A stretch of 64,000 nt of DNA, from the IMG/VR virus record IMGVR_UViG_3300045988_119069. One strand, written 5' to 3'. Origin of the DNA: a virus. The notes beneath the pieces are model-generated. The model was not told where the DNA came from. It made no database searches and saw only the letters and a list, made by a program, of their open reading frames with translations. Below, piece after piece: positions 47,401 to 55,654 of this stretch. The position numbers and the translations under genes were made by a program. How positions within the stretch are numbered: the stretch's first letter is position 1; each line of letters opens with the position of its first letter.

Positions 47401-47587
47401 AGGAGCTTCTGTAAGCGACGAAATGGTGTCTGTACAAGCCAACACAAATATTGCGCTCCAGCAAGCCGTAAACGCGCTCCTGCAACGTTTGGAGCAGCCT
47501 ATTGAGGCGAAGATTGACATGTACGGCCGTGGCAAGCTCTATGACAGCATGGCAAAGGCCGACCGCTTTATGAAGAATAAGTCATAG
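41498..47587 (+). CDS. tail tape measure protein (2029 aa)
   Basis: Long coiled-coil N-terminus. TP901-type core-like region (...ADKINVAIGEEMGEKALPSLLKMTEVMGL...AGITTDQLLALGSAFSA...). Internal hydrophobic segments. Confidence 0.8.
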   Translation: MANLKTEIILSMNGKAAIQVLEALRDKAKAVREEIDNLDKNAPDFKEQKAGLEKVYDALQSAHENVIKDTERLDHALQNLTSTSLQNLRKALGDGRRQLQKLSEDELEQADELRKKMKQIGDEVRLLEGQYVKIADGLKNVSNQSDQWLDKAIKQQRDLVGSLEKSDASYQQNLATLKQLEAEEDRRKGKMNVAEARQTVSDDNASASDLRRAKATLTEARDKTAIGKTGEIDSYNRDLQEIEKRLEAVSGKAQKVAMSWNEAKQVLAAPNKATGEDIKRTMEVIQQKIQQLPAGSKFVADLRRQYSMLEQTLKGTRMSQSALNDILARSKKGKASLDELRRAYKQLEDELNQINIKSKEFADKQKSMKELKKNIDEVTGAANKQGGAWHTAMKNLTAYVGLFAIFNHVKDLVAGAIKKNFEYSGSLTDIRKVSGLTMEQVKQLSTELAKIDTRTSVDGLAQLAYEASKLGVGKYGVEGMAQFVRAADKINVAIGEEMGEKALPSLLKMTEVMGLIPKMGLEKSIEAVGSSMFKLASTSTATSSDITEFAKRCTGVARTAGITTDQLLALGSAFSAQMASPEVAATAMSKFIVALQKNHNLIEKDLAIPAGTINSMYQAGNAMDAIVLILEKMKEKGNMNALGEIFKDVGGDGQRLISSMVTMAKNVDMLKDHLYESQEAFEEATAVGKEYSMQQQSAIGILERANNLWEKAFVNPDGVDAVKSLAEFWYEMSATMTNSPLLKGTLQIALQMVLISLKGLATFLPVIIGYMASQGVYSGLRLLWQYVVALGMAGKAMFQYVRALFTANAAQSTLNKTMKLNPWIALASVIIGVAGAIYGYTQRAKEAAEAAKEAQRQANAWRETLGQAAVETSNLNKKLANYKRMMSEANLSQKERQGLISRFNREFRSYINKLGIEIKSVKDLRDHYSELAQEAQRSTYYRMREQAKQQALPKLDSNRNAASNALMAHVEKLGLTKLGVTFQDIDRWVSAGMGGDALFMKLVKMAPKDKTGLVDGFNWKIGKQGYIYRDTYDKNRKAAPATDFKTQTDLVDFLSASRWYVNATRRRSNTLIQIDKSYKNWVPVGYTDYTEDDPGTLGKDAPDKDAIAQEKRDKRDRERAWREELKQKQDQAKAIMDDVDNYYDRQINAKLAQAISLNMDEAEQKQFVLPLKQNKEIARSQVRLAVAGQPNKWEDAKKMMAADMVEQADETGVNLSKDLLDGILKNDIENLRKLMEQLGKGLGLSMNSITAQIFAKATRSEQELLKMQFKQMEARRKIAMEHDYTGIVQQNSYDNFNEMGYSAPTKEETTVTKKMVDGKEILDNSAFEKRKKIIKEMFEAARRNIAQLYTIDVTTTKGRGMLMKMLFGDDPDGMAARIKTSLGESEDSWKAFYQNLIQYSDNYAEAEKKKYDSAKKIVDFWWSSNKRNLAQQTKLRKMENESKMFGKRTNLLSNLGLANLTADPEIELMKARMQAAEDYYAFVERNTKNKQLIDEAERARQEAELAYANQMATAMKSRLSQMKELVQPIEDFGGAVGQALAEMRYDAESANDAIKSALKSMLESWGKMALNDVNTQMWKAINDAAAKKGKANAQPDIDAARANANANVIMPDFTNIGTEQNPVWVRIVDNHYENANGDRVGAPRAWRKRNGYSTEDDRDGFAQYVGQVGGEVAGVVTSGGSLSDVAANGLGAALNVPISGKGKSSKDKDNQLKKEKNHQKALTKEVKKGLSDREKATDKGVKNITKSTEQGNDEQSKGTELAQKGMLAGTEKFLNTSFQLKQKNNDEQANADADLAEKQMTFSIAGAIGKCFQFLGPIAGPIAAAVVMSTLTGLMQWALSSAFNKKKSSSKGPNTKVVSGMLTYDSGNVQDLRPFVGNDGSLYWATEDNKPHDGVNLLTRPTATTINGHPSLVAENGPELVIGRETTQAMMMNNPQLLKALVNYDRNYSGRRAYDNGNVAETSPTVAAGASVSDEMVSVQANTNIALQQAVNALLQRLEQPIEAKIDMYGRGKLYDSMAKADRFMKNKS

Positions 47588-47617
47588 GTTAATGAATTAT
47601 CAAATGTTAAAATTGTT

Positions 47618-47652
47618 AAGACCGTTTCGTTGAGATAGCGAGACGGTCTTTT
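47618..47652 (+). terminator. intrinsic terminator after the tape measure gene
   Basis: AAGACCGTTTCG ... CGAGACGGTCTT followed by TT. Confidence 0.75.
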
Positions 47653-48010
47653 CGTATGTGCCTTTTTCCCGAATTAAAATGGCGAACCTTGCACCTCTGT
47701 AACTTATTGATACTTTGCATTTTCAACGTGTCATATACGTCAAGAGTGCATAAATACATAGGAATCCTCTACTATATACTTTATTTTCCGACCATTTCTT
47801 TTCTTCCCCATTTTCAAAATCCCCGAACCTCAAATCAAAGGTTAGTAGCATTAACGCCTATGGCGTAACTAATACACTCTCAGTAAGTTATGGATGTATG
47901 AGAAAGGGGCAGCTCGGCAGAAAATGATGGATTTATGTGGAAATATGATGTATTTTCTTATATATTTTTTTCCTTACGCACCCTTATATCTATAAAAAAT
48001 AATTAAATTT

Positions 48011-48193
48011 TTGCACTCTTAGAATATAACTAATTGAAAATTTGGAAGATAAGTAGGATTTTGGTTAGCACAAAGCTTGCTCAAAGCATACATTTGCCTT
48101 GCACATTCAGAACGTGTTTTGCACTCTTGGAGTAAGGACGTTCGGCTTGTTTTCTTAAAGTATGCACATTTGATTTCGGTTTTGCACTCTTGG
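48011..48193 (+). repeat. TTGCACTCTT repeats in a 0.7-kb non-coding region
   Basis: Copies at 48011-48020, 48119-48128 and 48183-48192 (the last two share GTTTTGCACTCTTGG). An inverted copy lies at 47741-47750. A further copy sits in a hairpin loop at 61579-61588. Confidence 0.6.
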
Positions 48194-48289
48194 GGAGTCT
48201 GAAGTGCAAGTTTACACAAAAGTCTTGAAAAGTTAAAAATGTATAAAAACATGGATAAACGAACGTAAGTTTTGGTTATGTTTGTTTTT

Positions 48290-48304
48290 ATTCTTAAATT
48301 TGCA
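48290..48304 (+). promoter_or_regulatory. promoter ATTCTTAAATTTGCA, copy 3
   Basis: Identical 15-mer to 12934 and 19281; 36 nt before ATG 48341. Confidence 0.6.
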
Positions 48305-48340
48305 GTGATAACAATACTGACATTCGTTTAAGGCTATAAT

Positions 48341-49402
48341 ATGTTTGATGAAATTTGCTCAATATACGAGTCGTCCACCGACAACAAGGGTAGGTTTGTT
48401 GACCGTGAGACGGGCGAGTGCATACAGCAGATGACTATCCGTGAGTTTTGTCTGACGGACAGATGGAAGCCGTATGTGCAGCGGCTGCGTGCCATGCGTC
48501 AGGAATTAGGCAGCAAGGCGAAGAAGATGCCGGAATATATCGAGACGAAGAAGATGTTGCCGGGTGCTACCCTTAGTGGACTGTTCGAGCTCTGGGAGGA
48601 TGACTGCATTGACAAGAACGGACGCACATATCGCGATGTAGTCAGCCGACGCGAAACGCATCTGAAGCAGCACACAGGCTGGTTAGCCATCGACATAGAC
48701 TTGGACGACAATCAGCAGATTACCTGCTTTGACAATATCCGAAAGGTTTGCCGTTTTCGTCCGGAGGTGGCATTGCTCATGCGTTCCTGTTCAGGTACTG
48801 GCTATTTCGGCTTGGTGCGTTTGGCTTACCCTGAACAGCATAAGGCGCAGTTTAAGGCTCTGAGGCAGGAATATGCAGTGTTAGGCATCACGCTTGACAA
48901 GGCATGCAGCAACATCGGGCGTGTGCGCTTCGCCTCATGGGACGACCCTGAGCATATATATATAAACGAAAAAGCCATTCCATATAAAGGTCTGGATGCG
49001 GGAGAGACACAAATCTTGCTGACAGACACATCACACCGGCATCAGCCGGGCAGGTACAGCAAGGGTCCTGACAGTTGTGACATTATCTATCTGAAGGCTT
49101 CACGACTGGTCAGCAAGATAGAGGCGTGTGGCGTTGACATTATGGGATGTTATGACGAATGGGTAAGATGCGGAATGGCATTGCACGATGTGTCGGCTTT
49201 GTATGGATATGATATGTGGAAGAGGGTTTCACGTTTTCGTCCCTCCGAAGCGTCACACGGACATAAAGACAGCGACTTCAGTAGTCGTTGGGCAGGTTTT
49301 GCCAACAGCCGTGTGAGAGCAGAGACGTTTTTCTGGATGTGTAAGAATAGCAATATAGAGCTGACGGATGATGATCTCAGAGAGATTTATCAGACACAGT
49401 AA
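48341..49402 (+). CDS. primase-like protein (BT4734/VirE_N-like N-domain + PriCT-like C-domain)
   Basis: HTGWLAIDIDLDD and SCSGTGYFGLV in the N-terminal domain. YDEWVRCGMALHDV is a PriCT-like W..G.AL motif (from memory). Confidence 0.55.
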   Translation: MFDEICSIYESSTDNKGRFVDRETGECIQQMTIREFCLTDRWKPYVQRLRAMRQELGSKAKKMPEYIETKKMLPGATLSGLFELWEDDCIDKNGRTYRDVVSRRETHLKQHTGWLAIDIDLDDNQQITCFDNIRKVCRFRPEVALLMRSCSGTGYFGLVRLAYPEQHKAQFKALRQEYAVLGITLDKACSNIGRVRFASWDDPEHIYINEKAIPYKGLDAGETQILLTDTSHRHQPGRYSKGPDSCDIIYLKASRLVSKIEACGVDIMGCYDEWVRCGMALHDVSALYGYDMWKRVSRFRPSEASHGHKDSDFSSRWAGFANSRVRAETFFWMCKNSNIELTDDDLREIYQTQ

Positions 49403-49549
49403 ACAGGAAGGAATTTTGCCTTAAAATACCTTCTATGCGAGTCCTATGCGAGTTCTATTCGTGTCCTATTCGTGTTCTATGATTCTTCATTTTATATTTA
49501 CTTCTTTTTCATTGATTATTTTAAATGAAAAATTTCAATAAAACGATAT

Positions 49550-50047
49550 ATGAAACTAATAACAATTACCGGTCCGAGTGGTGCAGGAAAGGACACTGTG
49601 GCTCGGATGCTGTCTGATCTGGGCGGCTATAAGGTGTTGTGTTCTTATACTACACGTCCGAAGCGTGAAGGCGAGATTGACGGTTTGGAACACCATTTTG
49701 TAGAGAAATGCGACGTGCCACACGACAAGATGCTTGCATACACACAGTATGGTGGCTATGAATACTGGACCACCATCGACCAGGTGACGGACAAGGCTAT
49801 TTACGTCATTGACGAAGACGGACTGAGAGCTTTGCGTAAGAAGCTTCACAACGTAGATCTGTTTTCTATTTATGTGTCGGCAAATGAAGCAACCCGACTG
49901 CGCCGAGGAGTGTCACAGGAACGCATAGCCCGCGACATGGAACGCAAGCATCTGCCGTTTTCGTTCTTCAACGCATTCATCTTCAACAATGATTTGCTAA
50001 GCGACTTGCTTGACGAGGTGCAGCGAGTGAAATATATGATTGTGTGA
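49550..50047 (+). CDS. guanylate kinase family (d)NMP kinase
   Basis: P-loop GPSGAGKDT and SYTTRPKREGEIDGLEHHFV, the Gmk signature region. Confidence 0.75.
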   Translation: MKLITITGPSGAGKDTVARMLSDLGGYKVLCSYTTRPKREGEIDGLEHHFVEKCDVPHDKMLAYTQYGGYEYWTTIDQVTDKAIYVIDEDGLRALRKKLHNVDLFSIYVSANEATRLRRGVSQERIARDMERKHLPFSFFNAFIFNNDLLSDLLDEVQRVKYMIV

Positions 50048-50104
50048 GCATCGAGAATATGAAAATGCACTATCTATTAAATAACAAACTAAAATTCATA
50101 AGTA

Positions 50105-51001
50105 ATGAAATTCACCGAGCCACAAGTGGAATGGTGGCAGCAGACCTCTCTTGCACAACATATAGCAAGGGTGGGCAGAATATGCTACAAGGCTAAGGGC
50201 AAGCAGCCCGAAGAAGGAATGACCGAAGAGGAGGTGGAAGCCTTTATTCAGAAGCGCGACGAGGAACGCTGCAAGGGATTTTGGGAAAGCGGACACTGTT
50301 CGATGTATCGCCACGGCACTGTCTACTTCTTCATGCCCAACGAAAAGGGTCTACCTAACTACATCTGGGCATATCTGAATGCTTCGCCTTACATCGACTA
50401 TGCCACAAAGAACCACAAAGCATGGATTAGCACTAATATGCAGTTTATGCTTGAGAACAAGAACCTGATGGACGCGCTTAGCCCGTATGGTGTCAGCGAA
50501 GACGAGTTTATTGAGAAGGCTCGGAAGTACGAGTGCGAGGAGGCTTTCTCCATTATCCGCATGACGCTGGTAGTAACCACGCAGATAAGCACATCGCGCG
50601 AGCTCAACCGCACATCGCCCAATAGCATAGCCGAGCAGAGCACACGCTATTGCAATCTGGAGAAGAAGGGAGGCGTACAGATAGCACGTCCGCATTGGTA
50701 TGATGAAGGCACTCGTTGGCAGCGTATGGTGTATGGCTTTGTATGCCGAGTGTGCGAGTGGGGCTACAACCGACTTCTGAAGGCGGGATTGAAGCCGCAG
50801 GATGCACGAGGTGTTCTGCCTCTTGACACCTATACTGTTGTGGCATATACATACACTATTGCCGACTGGAAGCATATTCTTGACTTGCGCTATCATCGTA
50901 AGACGGGCACACCGCATCCCAATGCAAAGATTGTTGGCGAGAAGATACGTAACATCATCCTTGAGCGCATGCGCCAATACTTTGCGGTGTTTGACATTTA
51001 A
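50105..51001 (+). CDS. thyX: ThyX-family flavin-dependent thymidylate synthase homolog (divergent signature)
   Basis: SGHCSMYRH (GHxSxxxH) and SRELNRTSPNSIAEQSTRY aligned to ARQWFRHRIASYNELSGRY. The S...S.RY part is conserved but RHR is RTS. Confidence 0.65.
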   Translation: MKFTEPQVEWWQQTSLAQHIARVGRICYKAKGKQPEEGMTEEEVEAFIQKRDEERCKGFWESGHCSMYRHGTVYFFMPNEKGLPNYIWAYLNASPYIDYATKNHKAWISTNMQFMLENKNLMDALSPYGVSEDEFIEKARKYECEEAFSIIRMTLVVTTQISTSRELNRTSPNSIAEQSTRYCNLEKKGGVQIARPHWYDEGTRWQRMVYGFVCRVCEWGYNRLLKAGLKPQDARGVLPLDTYTVVAYTYTIADWKHILDLRYHRKTGTPHPNAKIVGEKIRNIILERMRQYFAVFDI

Positions 51002-51027
51002 TCATTAATATAAACTATATATATATC

Positions 51028-51417
51028 ATGGCGAATTTAACATTAAACGAATATCAGAACAAGGCAATGAGTACTTGTATGCCTGAGAGTGACAATCTCT
51101 TCTATATGCTTGCCAATCTCGTAGGTGAGGTTGGCGAGTTTGCAAGCAAAGCCGGCAAGCACATGCGTAAGGGCAAGCTGCATATAACCACAACACAACG
51201 CGACGAGGAAGGCAAGATCCTGCATACGCAGGTATGGAACGTCAGCGACGAGGAACGTCATCTTATGCTCTCTGAAATCGGCGACATTCTCTGGCAGACT
51301 GCAGGACTGGCAAAAGTAATGGGCGTTACGCTCGAAGATGTGGCAGAAGAAAACCTCGCAAAATTTGCCTCTCGCAAGCAGCGAAATGTCATTGCCGGCG
51401 ATGGTGACGAGCGTTAG
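51028..51417 (+). CDS. mazG: MazG-like nucleotide pyrophosphohydrolase
   Basis: LNEYQ...LVGEVGEF...EIGDILWQ...NLAKFASR pattern. Confidence 0.8.
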   Translation: MANLTLNEYQNKAMSTCMPESDNLFYMLANLVGEVGEFASKAGKHMRKGKLHITTTQRDEEGKILHTQVWNVSDEERHLMLSEIGDILWQTAGLAKVMGVTLEDVAEENLAKFASRKQRNVIAGDGDER

Positions 51418-51460
51418 TATTTTATCCCGATAATCGACCTTATGATAAATAGCATAAATT

Positions 51461-52417
51461 ATGGCTAAATCAAATCCTATCAAAGCGCGAGAAGAACTGG
51501 TGCGCAGTCAGCCCACCATCTACTCTTTCAACTTTCGTGATGTGCCTTCGGGTAAGTATGCCGAGACGCTGGACGTGCTCTTCCATAATCCGGATTATAG
51601 CGAAGCCGTTGAGAAGCGTAATCGTCTTGTGAAGTCGGCTGAGCGTTTGCGTCCGGGTTCGAGCGAAATGGTGAACCTTATGCGTACCATCCAGCAACAT
51701 GACCGCAAATTGGCGGACACTATGTATGCCTCCATCGTGCAGACAAATCTACATTCAGAGGTTAGCTATGATTTTCTTTCGTTCGGCACCCTGTTGAAGT
51801 ATTATGTTAATTACAAGAAGGACGGTATGCGTGAGCGTGTTGACCGCATGGCAGCCAATCTTGATAAGGTTACGTTCCTCGCCGATATGCTTGAGAGTAT
51901 TGTTACCGACGTGAAAGCTGATATGCGGGAGGTGTTTGATGGCAGCATTGAGTTCAATCAGTTTGATGCGGTACTGCATGTTCTTACTCAACTACGCGGA
52001 TTCTTTAAGTCTGCCCGACGTGGCGATGCTGATTCGCCCGAGGCTCAGCTCTACTTCGACTACTCCGACTCCATCAATGATTATCTTGAGAAAAGACTGA
52101 AGACATATATCGACAAGTATCGCAAACTGCATCCGGCTGCGCAAGTCTACACTGAAGCCGACCTCATAGAAGGTCTGAATCAGTTCTTTGGTCGTAGCGA
52201 GAAGTTCGACATGAGCGTTATCGCTCATACCGAGTCGGGAGGTTGCTATATCGACCTTGCGCAGCTCTGCCTTCGTCTTAGTAGAAACGACATTGAGAGG
52301 ATAGAAAAAGTGACTGGCAAAATGCAGTCTAACAGCATGACCGATGCTGCATTGCGCTACAGCTTCAATGCCACTGATTTAATTATGAGCCAATACCAAC
52401 GGCCCAAACCAAAATAA
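51461..52417 (+). CDS. hypothetical protein (318 aa)
   Basis: ORF track. Confidence 0.7.
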   Translation: MAKSNPIKAREELVRSQPTIYSFNFRDVPSGKYAETLDVLFHNPDYSEAVEKRNRLVKSAERLRPGSSEMVNLMRTIQQHDRKLADTMYASIVQTNLHSEVSYDFLSFGTLLKYYVNYKKDGMRERVDRMAANLDKVTFLADMLESIVTDVKADMREVFDGSIEFNQFDAVLHVLTQLRGFFKSARRGDADSPEAQLYFDYSDSINDYLEKRLKTYIDKYRKLHPAAQVYTEADLIEGLNQFFGRSEKFDMSVIAHTESGGCYIDLAQLCLRLSRNDIERIEKVTGKMQSNSMTDAALRYSFNATDLIMSQYQRPKPK

Positions 52418-52425
52418 TAACCGTT

Positions 52426-53160
52426 ATGCCTAATATTTACCTTCGCCTACCTACGAGTCGCTGCCAGTTTTTCCGCAATCGCGACCCCAAGCACGTGCTT
52501 GCCAAGGACGAGCCGTTGGTGTTTAGTCCGTATATGCCTCACCACTTCGTATTGCGCAAGTATATAACCAACATTCCTGCCGTTGCACAAAAGGTGAACC
52601 CGCAATGCTTCTCACATCAACAATGGCGTAACATGATGCAAGGCAAACACCCCAACGGTGGAGAGATTGTCACAAAGCGTGATTCGCATGAATACCTGTC
52701 TTTTGACGAGGTGCAACGGTTTAATGGAATACAGGAATACTCTAAAAGTGACAAAGAAGACTATTTGTGTATAAAGCTACCTTCGGAGGTAGAGGTGATT
52801 GACGTGGTTCGTCAGGTCACGCCGGCATGGAATCTGAGTACGCGCGGCATCCGTCAGTTGCTTATCATGCTGAACGACGATTTTAAGCGTAGTGTCGTAG
52901 AATGGGCTTTAGCCACATTCGACTATTGCATATCCAATAAGCGCATCATTTGCCGTCGTCAAACAGCTATGCTTGAGCGATTCTTGATGCGCTATGGCAT
53001 AGACCAGAATGAGAATGAAAAAGACACCCTACGTCGCATCATCAATCGTTGGCTGACTTCGGATCATAGCAATTTCAAAGCTTATTCATTTGCTGATATG
53101 CAGTATATAGATGACAGCGAGAAGGTTTATTTCGTAGATGATATATTGTTTGGCGATTAG
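52426..53160 (+). CDS. hypothetical protein (244 aa)
   Basis: ORF track; TAG stop. Confidence 0.7.
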   Translation: MPNIYLRLPTSRCQFFRNRDPKHVLAKDEPLVFSPYMPHHFVLRKYITNIPAVAQKVNPQCFSHQQWRNMMQGKHPNGGEIVTKRDSHEYLSFDEVQRFNGIQEYSKSDKEDYLCIKLPSEVEVIDVVRQVTPAWNLSTRGIRQLLIMLNDDFKRSVVEWALATFDYCISNKRIICRRQTAMLERFLMRYGIDQNENEKDTLRRIINRWLTSDHSNFKAYSFADMQYIDDSEKVYFVDDILFGD

Positions 53161-53229
53161 AATAACGTAAACAAGAGTTAAATTAAAATTTAAAACAAGT
53201 TAAAAAACAGCCGTTTTAGGTGTACAAAA

Positions 53230-53721
53230 ATGCAACTACCCGATAAATGCAAAGAATTGTTCCTCGAAGGCATTACTGATGTGATGTTTTATCCAAGGGA
53301 AGAGTGTGTTATCCCTGTGCCGTTCAATATGGCACAAGTGTTATATATTAATAATTGTAGTCTGCCTGCCGAGCCAACTTTGCGCTTGGCTACGAGTGGC
53401 GAAAACTACGTTATTGTAGAGAATCTTAAAGTGAAGATGACGTTCGCCAAACAGGGCAATGGCACTATATATACATATAATATTAGTGCTAATGTGGCAA
53501 ATGGAGGCGAAAATGTGGCTGAAGCGTACCGAAATATGCGTGATAAGGAGTATCTTGTGGTATTGCGCAAGATGGACGTTTCGTTGCTGTTGTGCTATAC
53601 CTTACCCCATACATTCGGTATTGGTGGTACCACGGATCACAGCCAGACTGATTTGTCGCGAACCGTCACAGCCACCACTCAAGCCCTGTCGGAGCCTATA
53701 CCCATCACGCTTCGAGAGTAA
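53230..53721 (+). CDS. hypothetical protein (163 aa)
   Basis: ORF track. Confidence 0.65.
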   Translation: MQLPDKCKELFLEGITDVMFYPREECVIPVPFNMAQVLYINNCSLPAEPTLRLATSGENYVIVENLKVKMTFAKQGNGTIYTYNISANVANGGENVAEAYRNMRDKEYLVVLRKMDVSLLLCYTLPHTFGIGGTTDHSQTDLSRTVTATTQALSEPIPITLRE

Positions 53722-53765
53722 AGCTATGCAACCATTTTTCTGATACATTATATTATACTGTTTAG

Positions 53766-53797
53766 AGCCGCTATTCGTGAGAATGGCGGCTTTTTTT
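53766..53797 (+). terminator. intrinsic terminator (GUGA tetraloop hairpin + T7)
   Basis: AGCCGC-t-ATTC-GTGA-GAAT-g-GCGGCT followed by TTTTTT. Confidence 0.8.
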
Positions 53798-53823
53798 GTC
53801 CTAATGTTAAAAACCACGGTCTT

Positions 53824-53831
53824 TAATTTTG
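53824..53831 (+). promoter_or_regulatory. -7 promoter box TAATTTTG in front of the tRNA
   Basis: Matches TAnnTTTG, 15 nt before tRNA position 1. Confidence 0.5.
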
Positions 53832-53845
53832 CACATGGATAACAC

Positions 53846-53918
53846 AGCGGAGTGGAGCAGCTGGCAGCTCACTTGGCTCATAACCAAGAGGTCGAGGGTT
53901 CGAGTCCCTTCTCCGCAA
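53846..53918 (+). tRNA. tRNA-Met (anticodon CAT at 53879-53881), initiator-like
   Basis: Manual cloverleaf: acceptor AGCGGAG/CTCCGCA with an unpaired 1:72 (A:A), U8, D-arm GAGC-AGCTGGCA-GCTC (A11:U24, G18G19), anticodon arm CTTGG-CTCATAA-CCAAG, variable loop AGGTC, T-arm GAGGG-TTCGAGT-CCCTT, A73. CCA is not encoded. Near-collinear with E. coli tRNA-fMet as I remember it. Confidence 0.85.
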
Positions 53919-53980
53919 CATAGTCAGTCGGCAAAAAGATTGATTTTTCAGGATAACAACACAAAACACAGATTTTACTA

Positions 53981-55582
53981 ATGATAACAACACTTCTTGA
54001 AGTTTTCGCTACAAGAGAATGGATGATGCACCCGCCTATCCTCAATGCCATCCGCATGGCCATGCAGGAGAACATCGCAGGACGTGTCGTCCTCTCAGCA
54101 GAGCAGGTAGCAAAGCACCAGGCTTATGCTATCGGCATGACCGCCGACGGCGAGAGGTCTCGTTTTTCCATGTCGGCAAGTGATGATGATCCAGACGCAG
54201 GATGTGGTCCAAGCGAAAAGGAGGTTTCTGACTTCGTAGCTGTAATTCCGGTATGCGGACCTATCACACGCAATGGCGACGCTTGCTCTTACGGATCTAT
54301 CGACTTCCGCAACATGATGATGCAAACTTCCGACTATGAGGAGTGTAAGGGCATCATCGTTTACATCAACTCCGGTGGTGGTTCGGCAGCAGCAATTCCC
54401 GACTATAAGTACGCCATCGACTATGCCCACTCAAAGGGCAAGAAGGTAATTGCCTTTGTGGATGGCACTTGCTATTCGGCTGCTATGTATCTGGCTGTGC
54501 TTTGCGACGAGATTTACTACATGAACGTGAAGGACGGTTTCGGTTCTATCGGCGTGATGGGAGGCTTCTACACTATGTTGTCTGGCGAGAAGAACGCCTA
54601 CACAAACGAAACTTGGAATGAGATTTACGCCACACAGAGCTACGAGAAGAACAAATGGTATCGTGATGCCGCCAAGGGAGATTACGAGGAATTGCAGAAA
54701 GACCTTGACGAGACTTGCGAGGAGTTTATGACCGACGTAAAGGCCCACCGTCCGAATGTCACCGACGAGCATCTGCATGGAGCCACCTTCGAGGCAAAGG
54801 ATGTTGAAGGCATACTCAACGACGGACAGTCAACTCTTGACGAGCTTGTAAACCGTTTTCTTGCGGACGATGATTCAAAGCCAAAAAACGACACTACAGC
54901 AACCAACACAAACACAAATATAAACATGGAGAATTACCCATTGATTTGCTCTGCTTGCGGACTGCAGGCTGGCGAGATTGCCGTTACGGAAGAGGGCGCG
55001 TATATGAACGCCTCGCTTCTTGACAACCTCGAAGCCCACATGAAGGAAGCCGAGCAGAAGGTGACTGATGCCGAGCAGAAAGCCACCACAGCGGAGAACG
55101 CTCTCGCGGATTTGCAGGGCAAGTTCGATGAACTCTCCGCTCAAGTAAACGCAGCCAACGAAGCAAAAGCAGTCGCGGAGACCGCACTTGCCGAAGCTAA
55201 GGAGGCTCACAGTAAAGAACTAAGCGACCTTAACGCACAGCACACCGAGGCTCTTGCCAAAAAGGACGACGAGTTGAAAGCTCTCACCGAGGCAAAGAAC
55301 AAGGAGATTGCCGACCTCACAGCCGCTAAGACTGAGACCGAGTCAAACCTTCAGACCGCAAAGGACGCACTCGCCACAGCCGAGCAGTCGCTTGCCGACA
55401 AACAGGCTCAGATTGACGAGCTGACCCACGATGCTGGCGCAGAGCAGAACGCTGGCGAGGCTCCGGAGAATAATGGCGAGGGAGTGAAGACTCGGCAGTT
55501 GCGCACATTCGACCCCAGTCAGTACAAGACTAACGTCGAACGCAGAGAAGCCTTTGAACGCTTCAAGCGTGGTGAGGAATAG
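53981..55582 (+). CDS. S49 (SppA/lambda C-type) prohead protease fused to a coiled-coil scaffold-like C-terminus
   Basis: KGIIVYINSGGGSAAA, VIAFVDGTCYSAAMY and GFGSIGVMGG motifs. The C-terminal ~200 aa is rich in A/E/K/L heptads. TAG stop. Confidence 0.8.
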   Translation: MITTLLEVFATREWMMHPPILNAIRMAMQENIAGRVVLSAEQVAKHQAYAIGMTADGERSRFSMSASDDDPDAGCGPSEKEVSDFVAVIPVCGPITRNGDACSYGSIDFRNMMMQTSDYEECKGIIVYINSGGGSAAAIPDYKYAIDYAHSKGKKVIAFVDGTCYSAAMYLAVLCDEIYYMNVKDGFGSIGVMGGFYTMLSGEKNAYTNETWNEIYATQSYEKNKWYRDAAKGDYEELQKDLDETCEEFMTDVKAHRPNVTDEHLHGATFEAKDVEGILNDGQSTLDELVNRFLADDDSKPKNDTTATNTNTNINMENYPLICSACGLQAGEIAVTEEGAYMNASLLDNLEAHMKEAEQKVTDAEQKATTAENALADLQGKFDELSAQVNAANEAKAVAETALAEAKEAHSKELSDLNAQHTEALAKKDDELKALTEAKNKEIADLTAAKTETESNLQTAKDALATAEQSLADKQAQIDELTHDAGAEQNAGEAPENNGEGVKTRQLRTFDPSQYKTNVERREAFERFKRGEE

Positions 55583-55654
55583 TATTTCCCTACCTCAGCT
55601 CTCAACCAACACAAAAACAGACAACACAACAACAACACAAAAACACAAACAATT

